DNA from: a virus
Strand: one strand, 5' to 3'
Virus record (IMG/VR): IMGVR_UViG_3300027970_000001
Span: 1-64,000 of that record
DNA: 64,000 nt
Part shown: positions 26,933 through 36,369 of the stretch, one piece after another
How positions within the stretch are numbered: position 1 is the first letter of the stretch
How the letters are laid out: every line of letters starts with the position of its first letter
The notes under the pieces: generated by a model
What the model was told of the DNA's origin: nothing
Seen by the model: the letters and a program-made list of their open reading frames with translations, nothing else
Database searches by the model: none
Program-made: the position numbers and the translations under genes

Positions 26933-28858
26933 GTGGCAACCCGCTCACCGACGCAGACTCACAGCTACTGGGGTTCTTTCGCGACGACGGGAGTCCTCCC
27001 TGGTGTTGCCACGCCCGTCACCACTCTACAGGCTGGAGACACGGCGTTCGTCGCGCCCTCCCTCTACGTCTGCACCTCGGCAATCTTCCCCGCGACGTGG
27101 GCGGCTGTCGGGGCGGCGACGGCGGCAACTTCGACGCCACTGAGCATCGGCACCGCAGCCGTAGGTACCTCGACCGACTACGCCCGAGCGGACCATGTTC
27201 ACGACGGCAGCCTTTCGGACCTCGATGACGTAAGTGCCACCGCCCCGACTACTGGACAAGTGCTGGCGTGGTCGGGGAGTGAGTGGGCACCCAGCGGTTT
27301 CGCTGCTTACGACCAGATGCTCTACGTTGCTGACGGCGCGGACGCGGCTCTTGCCAACGGCTCTCCCGTCTACCCGTTCGCGAGCATCTCTGCTGCCCTC
27401 GCCAGCATCACAGATGCAACTCCCACGAAGAGATACACGATCCTCATCACCGCTGGTGAGTACGTCGAGGCGGGCACGGTCAACCTCAAGCCCAACGTCT
27501 TCCTCTGCGGAGTAGTCCCCGATGCCGTCCGCATCACGGCCACCTCGTGGGGTCTTGACCCGACGTTTACCGGGGGTGGAGATAACCGCACGGGCATAAG
27601 CAACTGCGTCGTGAACGGCGCAGTCAGCCTGAACTTCACGACCGTGACGAGCGCGTCGGGCAAGTTCTACGCGAGGTCTGCCCTCTTCAACGGCGCTGTG
27701 ACGCTGACGGGATACAACAACGCCACCGTCCAAGCGCAGTTCTCGGGCTGCCAGTTCTTCGCCCTCGTGACGGTGCAGGGCGTCAACGTCGGGGTGGCGA
27801 ACGACAACATCTACTTCAATGGACTGACCCTGACGCAGTCGCCATTCGGCGGCGTGCCGACTATCTGGAACGCAACGGGCGGAACCCTCGGCGGCACGTT
27901 GACGGCGACGACGACCGTCTCCGACTTCAATCGGCGGATCAGCGTGTTCGCCAAGTCGTTCTGGATGGACACCGTAGTCATCGACGGACCCAGCACCTAC
28001 CTCGACTACACCGTAGACTGTCTGCCGGTTGCGGGCGCGACGGTCTTGAACGGTGCCAACCTCGTGCTGATCAACCCAGCACCCGTCGTGGGCGCGAACA
28101 CGTCTCTGAGCAATCTGGTCTTTCCGACTGCGGTCAACAACCCGATCATCCCCGCCGCTACCAACGCCACCAACATGGGCGACTGGGGCAAGCAGTGGTT
28201 CTTCTCTTTCGGGTATGTCCACCTCTCAAGTGCGACGGACCTCTACGTCGCCAGCGCGGGTGCTGCGGCAGCACCGGACAGCGCGGGTCGCTCAATCTTC
28301 GTTGAGTCGGACACCTACGGGCTGTCCGCGAACGTCAACGGCGGTGACATCAACCTCACGACGCAAGCGGGCGTCAGCGGAACGGGGGTCCGAGGCAAGA
28401 TCGCTCTGACGGCTCGCGAGATCGATCTCAGCTTGGCGGGAGCGTTGAACGTAAACGGCGCTTCGGGCGCTTCGGGCGAGGTGCTCACGTCGAACGGCCC
28501 CGGCGTTGCTCCGACGTGGCAAGCGGGCGGCGGGGCGAGTTCAGCGATCAACGTCTCGCTCGACGGCACCTCGGCAGCGACCGTCGCGACCTACGTCGGC
28601 GCGGTCTATGTCCCTGCGGGCATCACGCTCGGCGCTTCTTCGCAAGCCTTCCTCGGAACGGCGGGAGCGGGAGAGACGGTCACCCTCGCCCTCATGTCGG
28701 GCATAACCGTCGTCGCGACGTTCTCGGCATCTATCACAGGCTTCCAGGCAGTCCTGGTCACAGGCACGCCCGCTCTTGCGGCGGGGTGGTATGACCTCGT
28801 GCTCACCGCTGGCGCGACCTCGGCCGCTTTCGCTCGCGGCCTCTACCTCACCGTCTGA
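26933..28858 (+). CDS. Spike/fibre protein C
   Basis: N-terminus homologous to spike B; LSDLDDVS..PTTGQVLAWSGSEW fibre motif; beta-helix-like middle. Confidence 0.7.
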   Translation: MATRSPTQTHSYWGSFATTGVLPGVATPVTTLQAGDTAFVAPSLYVCTSAIFPATWAAVGAATAATSTPLSIGTAAVGTSTDYARADHVHDGSLSDLDDVSATAPTTGQVLAWSGSEWAPSGFAAYDQMLYVADGADAALANGSPVYPFASISAALASITDATPTKRYTILITAGEYVEAGTVNLKPNVFLCGVVPDAVRITATSWGLDPTFTGGGDNRTGISNCVVNGAVSLNFTTVTSASGKFYARSALFNGAVTLTGYNNATVQAQFSGCQFFALVTVQGVNVGVANDNIYFNGLTLTQSPFGGVPTIWNATGGTLGGTLTATTTVSDFNRRISVFAKSFWMDTVVIDGPSTYLDYTVDCLPVAGATVLNGANLVLINPAPVVGANTSLSNLVFPTAVNNPIIPAATNATNMGDWGKQWFFSFGYVHLSSATDLYVASAGAAAAPDSAGRSIFVESDTYGLSANVNGGDINLTTQAGVSGTGVRGKIALTAREIDLSLAGALNVNGASGASGEVLTSNGPGVAPTWQAGGGASSAINVSLDGTSAATVATYVGAVYVPAGITLGASSQAFLGTAGAGETVTLALMSGITVVATFSASITGFQAVLVTGTPALAAGWYDLVLTAGATSAAFARGLYLTV

Positions 28859-28870
28859 TAAGGAACTCGC

Positions 28871-29944
28871 ATGGCCTACGTTGGAACAACGAACACCCTG
28901 ATCGCGAACGGCGGGTCCGCTGACTACCTGTTCGTCATCAAGCAGTCTCTGATCTCGGCGGGCTGGACGCTGCTCGCGTCTTCCAACGGAGTCACGCTCA
29001 ACACCGGCACGCCCGCGACCGACAACCTCACGACCGCCGCGCAGTTCAACGTCGCCAACGCTTGGTGCAGGTTGCGCGAGCCGGGTGGCGCGGGAGGCCG
29101 CGAGTTCATTCTCTTGCACGGTGCGGCGAGCGGTAACACAGCCTTGATCAAGTACAGCCGCTCGACGGGCTTCGGCACGGGCGGCACCGCGACGACGTGC
29201 TCGACCACGGGCGTCGGCGGCGACGGGCAGTTGATCGTCGCGGGAGGCACGGCTTCTTTGCCGACCTACACCGATCTGACCGCCACGTCCCTGACGCAAG
29301 CCACTCAGGTGTGCGGCAGCACGGGCTATGTCCAATGCGTCGCGAGCAACGTGAGCGTCAACGGAGCCTACGGTTTCTGGGCCTTTCAGTACCCCGTCGG
29401 CGGCTCGGCCATCGGCGCGGCATGTCTGTTCCAAGAGCCAGCCGCGCCGGGTTCCACGCCCACCGGGGACGCCGATCCTTCGGCGCGGTACTACATCGAA
29501 ACCAACGCCGGCTCGACTCCGTCTATCGTCGGCAACGTATCGACCACCGTGTCGAACACCACCACCTACCGGGGCTGGAGCTACTGGAACGCCTACGGCC
29601 TGGGGGGCGCGACCTACGTCCGCAACCGTGGCGCGAACGTCTACTTCGCGTGGAACAACACCACGGGCACCATCGGCGGGATCTCGTTCTCGACTGTCGC
29701 CCCTGGAAGCCTCTCGCCCTACGACGGCAAGGTGTCGATGCTCCCCGTGTTGCTCGGCGGGGCGAGTACCGCCGACGTGGTGTTGTGGAAGGGCTTCTCG
29801 TCGTCGCTGCTGACCTTCAGCACGACGCAGAACTTCGCGGACACGTTCAACTTGTCGTCCGCTGACCCCCGCATCGCGGTGCAGGTTGGACCCGCCGGTA
29901 GCTGTGCGATTCCCTGGGTGACCGGCGTCGTGCCCACGGTCTGA
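28871..29944 (+). CDS. Putative virion structural protein
   Basis: G/T/S/A-rich beta protein in the structural operon; SD AAGGA. Confidence 0.6.
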   Translation: MAYVGTTNTLIANGGSADYLFVIKQSLISAGWTLLASSNGVTLNTGTPATDNLTTAAQFNVANAWCRLREPGGAGGREFILLHGAASGNTALIKYSRSTGFGTGGTATTCSTTGVGGDGQLIVAGGTASLPTYTDLTATSLTQATQVCGSTGYVQCVASNVSVNGAYGFWAFQYPVGGSAIGAACLFQEPAAPGSTPTGDADPSARYYIETNAGSTPSIVGNVSTTVSNTTTYRGWSYWNAYGLGGATYVRNRGANVYFAWNNTTGTIGGISFSTVAPGSLSPYDGKVSMLPVLLGGASTADVVLWKGFSSSLLTFSTTQNFADTFNLSSADPRIAVQVGPAGSCAIPWVTGVVPTV

Positions 29945-29946
29945 AC

Positions 29947-30219
29947 ATGGCTGACTTCAACGCCAGCTACTTCACGCAGCCGGGGGTCTACAGCTACACG
30001 CAGAACCCCTCGGAGGCGACGTACCTTGCCCCTTCGACGGTCACAGTGGCCGCGAACATCAGGTACTTCCAGAGGGTCTACTCGTCGGGCCTTTCGGCGT
30101 GGTGCTACTACTCGACGCTCAACGCAACCAACCCGACGCCGCTGTCGTCCGCGACGACTCCCAACTGGACCGGCAGCATCAGCAATTTCCAGGTCGTGCA
30201 AGCGGTGATCGAGCCGTGA
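29947..30219 (+). CDS. Small structural protein, paralog of the next gene
   Basis: RYFQRVYSSG..W.YY domain shared with 30216-30632. Confidence 0.65.
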   Translation: MADFNASYFTQPGVYSYTQNPSEATYLAPSTVTVAANIRYFQRVYSSGLSAWCYYSTLNATNPTPLSSATTPNWTGSISNFQVVQAVIEP

Positions 30220-30632
30220 CAACCAGATATTTTCAGCGAGTATATTCCAGCGGAGTAGGCAACTGGTCATACTACGAGTCTTTTGATGGGCCCAACAAAG
30301 TCCCAGATCCAGAAGATACGTCGCCGCCATGGTCCGGCGAAATCGAGATGTATCAACTGATTCAAGTTGTGCAGGGGGCGACCCGTGTCTACAATGATAC
30401 ACCGTCTGGACCCGTCGATGGGATGAACACCACTTTCGGTGTCCCGTATTTTGTGAGCGCTCATCACGCTTCGGAGTCTGTGACGTTGAACGGCGTTAGG
30501 CTCAACCCAGGGGTGGGAAACGACTACATCGCCGCTGAATCAGGCGGCGTTGGGACCGGATACGACACCCTGGTTTTGGCAGTTCCGCCCTCACCTGGAT
30601 CGTCGCTTCTGGTGGACTACGACCCCATCTGA
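30216..30632 (+). CDS. Small structural protein with fibre-associated beta domain
   Basis: RYFQRVYSSG domain plus TPSGPVDGMNTTF...LNGVRL...NDY...LLVDY. Confidence 0.65.
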   Translation: MTTRYFQRVYSSGVGNWSYYESFDGPNKVPDPEDTSPPWSGEIEMYQLIQVVQGATRVYNDTPSGPVDGMNTTFGVPYFVSAHHASESVTLNGVRLNPGVGNDYIAAESGGVGTGYDTLVLAVPPSPGSSLLVDYDPI

Positions 30633-30644
30633 AAGAGGAATACC

Positions 30645-33600
30645 GTGGCGAGAACTTTCATCAATCAGTCGAACCAGATTGCCAACAGCGAGAGCTACGT
30701 TAGCGACCTCCCGCTTGGTGTGACGCTGACGACGCCGACCGAGCAGAACGCCAATATCCAGTGGGATCTGAACGCGTTGCGTTCGCTCATTTTCGCCGCT
30801 GTCGGCGGAAGCGAGTGGTACGAAGCCCCTGCGACGTCCATCGGCCTGCTGAACTCGGGGCTCATCTCGGCGCAGTCGAGCATCACGTCGCTCGCTGCGA
30901 GTGTTGCTTCGATTGACGCGAGCATCGTGTCGATCAACGGCAGCATCGTCACGCTGAACACAAGCGTGGGCCAGCTTCAGGTTGACCTCGATGCCGTCGA
31001 GGCGTTCCAGGCGACCGCGACCGGCCAGATTTCGGCGCTTGAGACGCTGACGCAGGCGCAGGCTGTTTCCATCGCGGCGCTTCAGGGCGACGTGACGGAT
31101 CTTGAGGCGTTCCAGGTGACCGCCACCCAGCAGATCTCTGGTCTTGAGGCGTTCCAGGCGACTGCGACCGGCCAGATCTCGGCGCTCGACGCCCAGGTCG
31201 CGGCTGACGGGCAGGCGATTGCCGGCCTTCAGACCGACCTGACCAGCCTGACCAGCACGGTCACTCTCCAGGGCAACGCGATCAGCGTTCTTGAGACGAC
31301 GGTGGCCTCGCAGGGCAAGTCGATCAGCACGCTGAACAGCCAGGTCGCGGCGGACGGGCAGGCGATCACCGCGCTTCAGAGCGGCCTCGCCACCTCGGAC
31401 GCGAACATCGCCAGCCTTCAGTCCTTCCAGGCCACTGCGAGCCAGGAGATCTCTGCGCTTCAGAGCGGTCTTGCTGGCGAAATCACCAGCCGTGAGAACG
31501 CGGACCTCGCGCTCCAGAGCCAGATCACGGCGCTCGATGGCGCGGTGATCAAGAAGGACGGCTCGGTCGCCTTCACGGGCAACCAGTCGATGGGCGGCAA
31601 TCTGCTGACCGACCTCGGCTCGCCCGCGAGCGCGCTGGACGCGGCCAACAAGGCGTACGTTGACTCGGTCGCGCAGGGTCTCAAGATCCTCGCGCCGGTC
31701 GATGCGAAGTACGACTTCCAGGGCGGCGTGCAGCCCTCGGTGCCGTCGCTCCCGACCGAGCCCGCTAGCTCGACTTACCTCGGGACGATCTACACGGTCA
31801 CGACAGAGGCGGAGTTCGACTCTTACCTCGCGCAGTGCGTGGACGGGGATCAGATCTTCGTTCCCACCAACGTCACCATCACGCTGACCTCGGTCAAGAC
31901 GATCAACAAGAGCATCAGGATCTTCGGCGGCAAGCAGACCTCCTCGGTCTTCTCGGCGTCGTTCGCGGTGCCCGCCAACAGCGGCTTGTTCGTCATCTCG
32001 GGCAAGAAGGCGGATGGCGTCACCCAGAACAACGCCGTGACGTTCTCGTCGTTGACGATCACCTCGTCGAGCAACGCGGCGGATCACGCCTGCGTCACCG
32101 CGAGCACGCTCTCGACCGCGTTCCCGAACGGGTCGCTTGGGATCCGGTTCCAGGAGTGTACCTTCAATCACACCGAGTTCGGCGTGACGGTCGCCGCCGA
32201 CTCTTGGGTGGTCAAGGACTGCACGTTCAACTACATCCCCGCGAGCGGCGCGGCAGACACCTCGCGCCATCTCGGCATCTACAACATCGGCACGATGGGC
32301 TGGGTCGAGAACTGCTCGTTCCCGGCGACCACGGAGGCGACCCCGCGCATCATCGCGATGTTGCTTACCTCCTCGGACTACGACTTCACCCCGGGCGCGA
32401 CCAAGAGCGGTGGCTTCTCGGGTGACTTCGTCGTCAAGGGCTGCTCGCAGCTTTCGGGCAACCTTCGCCAGTGGATGGTGATGGAGGTCTTCAAGGCCAA
32501 CGGCTTGAACTCGGCTCCGATGGCGGAGCACGGGTTCAACTTCTGGGCGATCGACAACACGCACGGGACCACCTCGGGCGGGTCGTTCAACTTCTACGAA
32601 GGCTCGGGCACCAAGGCTCCGCTGAACTTCTTCGGCACGATGTACACGTCGGGCAACTCCATCGGGAGCACGTCGGGTACCGCGAAGGGGATGCTCGCCA
32701 TTGACGGCCTCGGGTCCGTTCGCTCGGCTGGCGCTCCGACGTCCTTCTACGTCGATGCGGAGAACAGCGGAGCCGTGTTCTCGCAGGCGCTTGGCGGCGA
32801 GTATGTCCAGGGGTCGGCCACGGACAACCTGCTGGCAATCAACTCGACGTTCTACAACAGCCCGAACCCGAACGCCCTCGTGACGATTCTGGCTCCCACC
32901 TCGGGCGGCCCTGTCGTTCCGAGCGGCACTGGCGTGAACGTCGGAGGGTACGTCGCTCAGTCGGGCGACCGCATCTTCGTCGTGAACTCGTTCAGCGCCG
33001 TGGAGAGCGGCATCTACGTCTGCGACGCGGGTGACTGGCCGCGCGCTGCGGACTACGCCGCCGGAGCGGACGTCGCCTCGACGTTCTTCTTCGTGTCGCA
33101 GGGCGACGCCGCTGACACGTCGTGGGTGGAGGTCGGCGACCCGGCAATCGTCGGGACGAATGATCTCATCTTCGCCCAGTTCTCGGGCGCAGGCACCTAC
33201 ACGGGCAGTGGCGCTATCAACGTGAGCGCGCAGAACGTCATCTCCGTCATCGAAGGTGGCATCACCACCTCGATGCTGGCGGACGGCAGCGTCACCCCGG
33301 AGAAGCTCTCGTTCGACGCGGCGACGGAGCAGGAACTGATCGACGGGCTCGTGCTCAAGCTCTCGCTCTCGGGCGGAGTGATGAGCGAGAACTCCTCGAT
33401 CTCGTTCGCGAACGACTCGGGGTCCATCCTCGGCCTTGCAGATCTGAGCGCGAACTCGGATCTGAGCGCGGCGGCCAACAAGCGGTACGTTGACGCTGCG
33501 GTGGCTGGCCTCGACTCCCGCACCAGCAAGACCTACGCGCTGGTGCTCTCCGAGGTCCAGGCTGGCACCCCGCTCGTGGGCGGACCCAACGGGAACCTCG

Positions 33601-33788
33601 ATGCGGAGCTTCCCGTGATGCCCTCCGACCCTGCGGAGCTTTCTGCCAACTTCGACATCTACCTCAACGGGCAGCTTTTGCAGTCCGGCGCGGGCAACGA
33701 TGTCGAGCGCGGAGTCAACGCGCAGTCCCTCGTGTTTTCCTTCCCGGTGGTCGCAGGCGACAAGCTCTGCGTGGTTCAGTACGCCTGA
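30645..33788 (+). CDS. Long fibre protein: coiled coil, fibre module and inserted beta-helix
   Basis: Heptad repeats FQATATGQISAL; DAANKAYVDSVAQGL and GDRIFV..ESGIYV..W.RA fibre motifs. Confidence 0.8.
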   Translation: MARTFINQSNQIANSESYVSDLPLGVTLTTPTEQNANIQWDLNALRSLIFAAVGGSEWYEAPATSIGLLNSGLISAQSSITSLAASVASIDASIVSINGSIVTLNTSVGQLQVDLDAVEAFQATATGQISALETLTQAQAVSIAALQGDVTDLEAFQVTATQQISGLEAFQATATGQISALDAQVAADGQAIAGLQTDLTSLTSTVTLQGNAISVLETTVASQGKSISTLNSQVAADGQAITALQSGLATSDANIASLQSFQATASQEISALQSGLAGEITSRENADLALQSQITALDGAVIKKDGSVAFTGNQSMGGNLLTDLGSPASALDAANKAYVDSVAQGLKILAPVDAKYDFQGGVQPSVPSLPTEPASSTYLGTIYTVTTEAEFDSYLAQCVDGDQIFVPTNVTITLTSVKTINKSIRIFGGKQTSSVFSASFAVPANSGLFVISGKKADGVTQNNAVTFSSLTITSSSNAADHACVTASTLSTAFPNGSLGIRFQECTFNHTEFGVTVAADSWVVKDCTFNYIPASGAADTSRHLGIYNIGTMGWVENCSFPATTEATPRIIAMLLTSSDYDFTPGATKSGGFSGDFVVKGCSQLSGNLRQWMVMEVFKANGLNSAPMAEHGFNFWAIDNTHGTTSGGSFNFYEGSGTKAPLNFFGTMYTSGNSIGSTSGTAKGMLAIDGLGSVRSAGAPTSFYVDAENSGAVFSQALGGEYVQGSATDNLLAINSTFYNSPNPNALVTILAPTSGGPVVPSGTGVNVGGYVAQSGDRIFVVNSFSAVESGIYVCDAGDWPRAADYAAGADVASTFFFVSQGDAADTSWVEVGDPAIVGTNDLIFAQFSGAGTYTGSGAINVSAQNVISVIEGGITTSMLADGSVTPEKLSFDAATEQELIDGLVLKLSLSGGVMSENSSISFANDSGSILGLADLSANSDLSAAANKRYVDAAVAGLDSRTSKTYALVLSEVQAGTPLVGGPNGNLDAELPVMPSDPAELSANFDIYLNGQLLQSGAGNDVERGVNAQSLVFSFPVVAGDKLCVVQYA

Positions 33789-33804
33789 TAGATAGAAGGT
33801 AGCC

Positions 33805-34320
33805 ATGAGTACCCTCCCCCGAGACGTTCGCATCCAGGCTCTTCACGAGGTCGGCGTCAAGATTGACGACACCCTCGAAAGCGCAAGGCTTGAAACGGCT
33901 CGGCGGGAGGGCGCTCACGCAGCCTACGTCAATGCGGCAAAGGCCCTGTCGGCTTACCCCGAGGCCGCCTCCGTGTGCTCCAACCTCGCGGCCCAGGCCC
34001 ACAACCTCGTCTTCGCCTCGAAGGGCGCTGAGATTCAGTCCAAGTCGCTCGTGGCTCTTTTGAAGGGCATGCACGATCTTGAGGTCGCCAGGAAGCAGCG
34101 AGAGACGGAGCCGCTCGTCGCGGCCGAGCCGGCCGCTTCGGATGAAGGGGCTCCTCCAGCTCCGCTTGATGCGCCTCAAGCTCATGGCGCAAAGCCCGTG
34201 AGGAATCTTCGTCGCTCCATAAGAGAGGAGCGCCTCGCTCTTGAGGCTTCTAAGTCGGCTGAGGCAGCAGCAGCGAGCGCTCCAAAGCGCCGCGGACGGC
34301 CTCCCAAGAATACCCGCTGA
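33805..34320 (+). CDS. Hypothetical protein with C-terminal AT-hook-like motif
   Basis: Helical N-terminus; ends KRRGRPPKNTR. Confidence 0.6.
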   Translation: MSTLPRDVRIQALHEVGVKIDDTLESARLETARREGAHAAYVNAAKALSAYPEAASVCSNLAAQAHNLVFASKGAEIQSKSLVALLKGMHDLEVARKQRETEPLVAAEPAASDEGAPPAPLDAPQAHGAKPVRNLRRSIREERLALEASKSAEAAAASAPKRRGRPPKNTR

Positions 34321-34421
34321 GAAGCGGACGCGAAGGGGAACGATCGCCAGGGGCCCGCAGGGGGCCCTTGTCGTTCGCCCTCGTGGCGATTGCCGCCATG
34401 TTGGGCCTTGGAGGCACATCA

Positions 34422-34745
34422 ATGGACGGTAAAGACTTCTCTCTCATCTTCGGAACTTTGTTCCACACCGTGAGCCTGATCGGCGTCTCGGCGATGGTGC
34501 TCTTCCTCTTCGGCAGGGAGAACAGCATCGTCGAAGGATGGCCCAGGTACCGGGCCATGTGGATCAAGGCCGCCCTCTCCCTCGTCGCCGGAGGCCACGC
34601 CCTCGGCCTCATGAGCTTTGCGCCTGTGTCATTCCCAGAGATGGTTCTGGTTGGAGGACTTGCTCTGTTATGGTGCTGGGTTGCGCTGTTTCACTTTCAC
34701 ACGTTTTCTGAGCGCGGCGCGTACACCGACGGAGATCTCGAATGA
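34422..34745 (+). CDS. Multi-pass membrane protein, holin candidate
   Basis: Three hydrophobic segments; overlaps the amidase start; SD GGAGG. Confidence 0.55.
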   Translation: MDGKDFSLIFGTLFHTVSLIGVSAMVLFLFGRENSIVEGWPRYRAMWIKAALSLVAGGHALGLMSFAPVSFPEMVLVGGLALLWCWVALFHFHTFSERGAYTDGDLE

Positions 34746-35434
34746 GCGGCATCAACTTTCTCGACCTGAGGCACCAGCAGAGCAACCCCTTCCCCAGCAA
34801 GAAGAAACTGGACGGCTCTACCATCTCCACCAGCAAGGTCATCAAAGGAAAGACGTACGAGCGAGACCCGAAGACCGTCGATGGGATCGTGATTCATCAG
34901 ACGGCCTGCGTGTTCGGCCCCCAGAGCGACCCGGACCGAAAACACCGTCGGGCTCTCGGCATTCCGGCACACGCCGTCGCCTTCCGTGATGGGTGCGTCG
35001 TGCTCACCGCGCCTTTCTCTTGGTACCTCTACCACGGCAACGGATTCAACCAGCGGTCTCTCGGCCTTGAGTGCGAAGGCCAGTACCCCGGCCTCATGGA
35101 CAACCCCAAGACGCCCAGGCGCGAAGACGAGGCGACCATCTGGAAGAGCGCAACACCAACGCCACTTGACGAACTTGCCGTCCAGACGTTCAGGTCCGCG
35201 CTCACTCGGCTGGTAGAAGACGGCAGGGAGGCCGGCATGCCCATCAAGTACATCTGGGCGCACCGGCAGTCGAACGGCCAGAAGCCCTCCGACCCGGGTC
35301 AGGAAATCTGGCAGCGCGTCGTCGTCGACTTCGGCATCCCAGTGCTTCGCCTTGAGGCACGCGTCACGGACACGTTGGGCGACGGGAAGCAAATCCCCGC
35401 AGCCTGGCACCCTGGCGCAACCGCCCTCTATTGA
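34742..35434 (+). CDS. Endolysin, Amidase_2-type N-acetylmuramoyl-L-alanine amidase
   Basis: GIVIHQT, AHAV, YHGNGFNQRSLGLECEG, WAHRQ. Confidence 0.85.
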   Translation: MSGINFLDLRHQQSNPFPSKKKLDGSTISTSKVIKGKTYERDPKTVDGIVIHQTACVFGPQSDPDRKHRRALGIPAHAVAFRDGCVVLTAPFSWYLYHGNGFNQRSLGLECEGQYPGLMDNPKTPRREDEATIWKSATPTPLDELAVQTFRSALTRLVEDGREAGMPIKYIWAHRQSNGQKPSDPGQEIWQRVVVDFGIPVLRLEARVTDTLGDGKQIPAAWHPGATALY

Positions 35435-35590
35435 AAGCGGACGGCCCGGAACTCGCCTGGGAGGGGGGGAACCCAGACCGCGTCTCGGGCCGTCCTGAAA
35501 CAAAGCTAGCCTCTCGGCTTTTCGCTGTCCAGCTCTAAAGTCTTGTTTTTTCAGCAGAAAACTGATAGAAACGAGTAGAAGTATTTTGTG

Positions 35591-36229
35591 TCAGTCAACG
35601 TCCGCGGCCCAAGACGGACGGATGTAGAAGTCGTTGTGGGTGTGGCCGCACGAGACCGGGATGAGGCCAAGCCGGTTGGCCCTGTTCCTGTCCATGCTTC
35701 CCCCCCAGTCACTCACGGTGCTTTCGCATCGGTCATCGACCTCGCCCCGGACGATCCTTCCCGCGTGCTCGTACAGGGCCATCCACGCCTCCCGATACGC
35801 CGACCACGGCGCGTGGCGCTGGATCCTGACAGACCCGTCTCGCTGAGGAACGTACCGCTCGGTGGGCCAGTTTGCAGGCTCGCTGCCTTGGGGGTTCAAG
35901 AATACCAGCCACGACCGGCCTCCGGTCCTGCTCGTGTCGAACAGCCGTCGCGAGTAGGCGCGGGCAAACGAGATGAACTGCATGTCGGTCTGGTCCGCGC
36001 CAAAGCTCAGCGACGAGTGGATGGCAGCGCAGTCGTCCGAGAAGACAAACTCGCTCCGGTCCCCGTCGCCGTCCCTGTCCTCGGCATCCCGCTCTGGAAG
36101 TCCAGCTTCCGAGGCGCAGATACGCGCAAGACCAAGCTGATCTGATACGCGCTCGCGAGTCTGAGAAACCGCAGTGGACGCGGCCCCGAGAACCGCAGCC
36201 ACGACCAGAATCTTGCTCATGTTTCGCAT
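35591..36229 (-). CDS. Secreted SleB/Hydrolase_2-like cell-wall hydrolase
   Basis: Signal peptide KILVVAAVLGAASTAVS; LARICASEAG catalytic-Glu-like motif; SD AAGGAG. Confidence 0.5.
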   Translation of the reverse strand: MRNMSKILVVAAVLGAASTAVSQTRERVSDQLGLARICASEAGLPERDAEDRDGDGDRSEFVFSDDCAAIHSSLSFGADQTDMQFISFARAYSRRLFDTSRTGGRSWLVFLNPQGSEPANWPTERYVPQRDGSVRIQRHAPWSAYREAWMALYEHAGRIVRGEVDDRCESTVSDWGGSMDRNRANRLGLIPVSCGHTHNDFYIRPSWAADVD

Positions 36230-36369
36230 ACGGGAATCTCCTTCGGCGGCCACAATAGATCGCGATCTTTGATGGCGCAAGCTAGGAAGGCAGATTTGTG
36301 TGTCTCGTTGGTCTCTTTTGTTGGGGCGCCGCTGTTGTGCCAGCTTGGTTTTGGTGTAGAATCTTGCCC

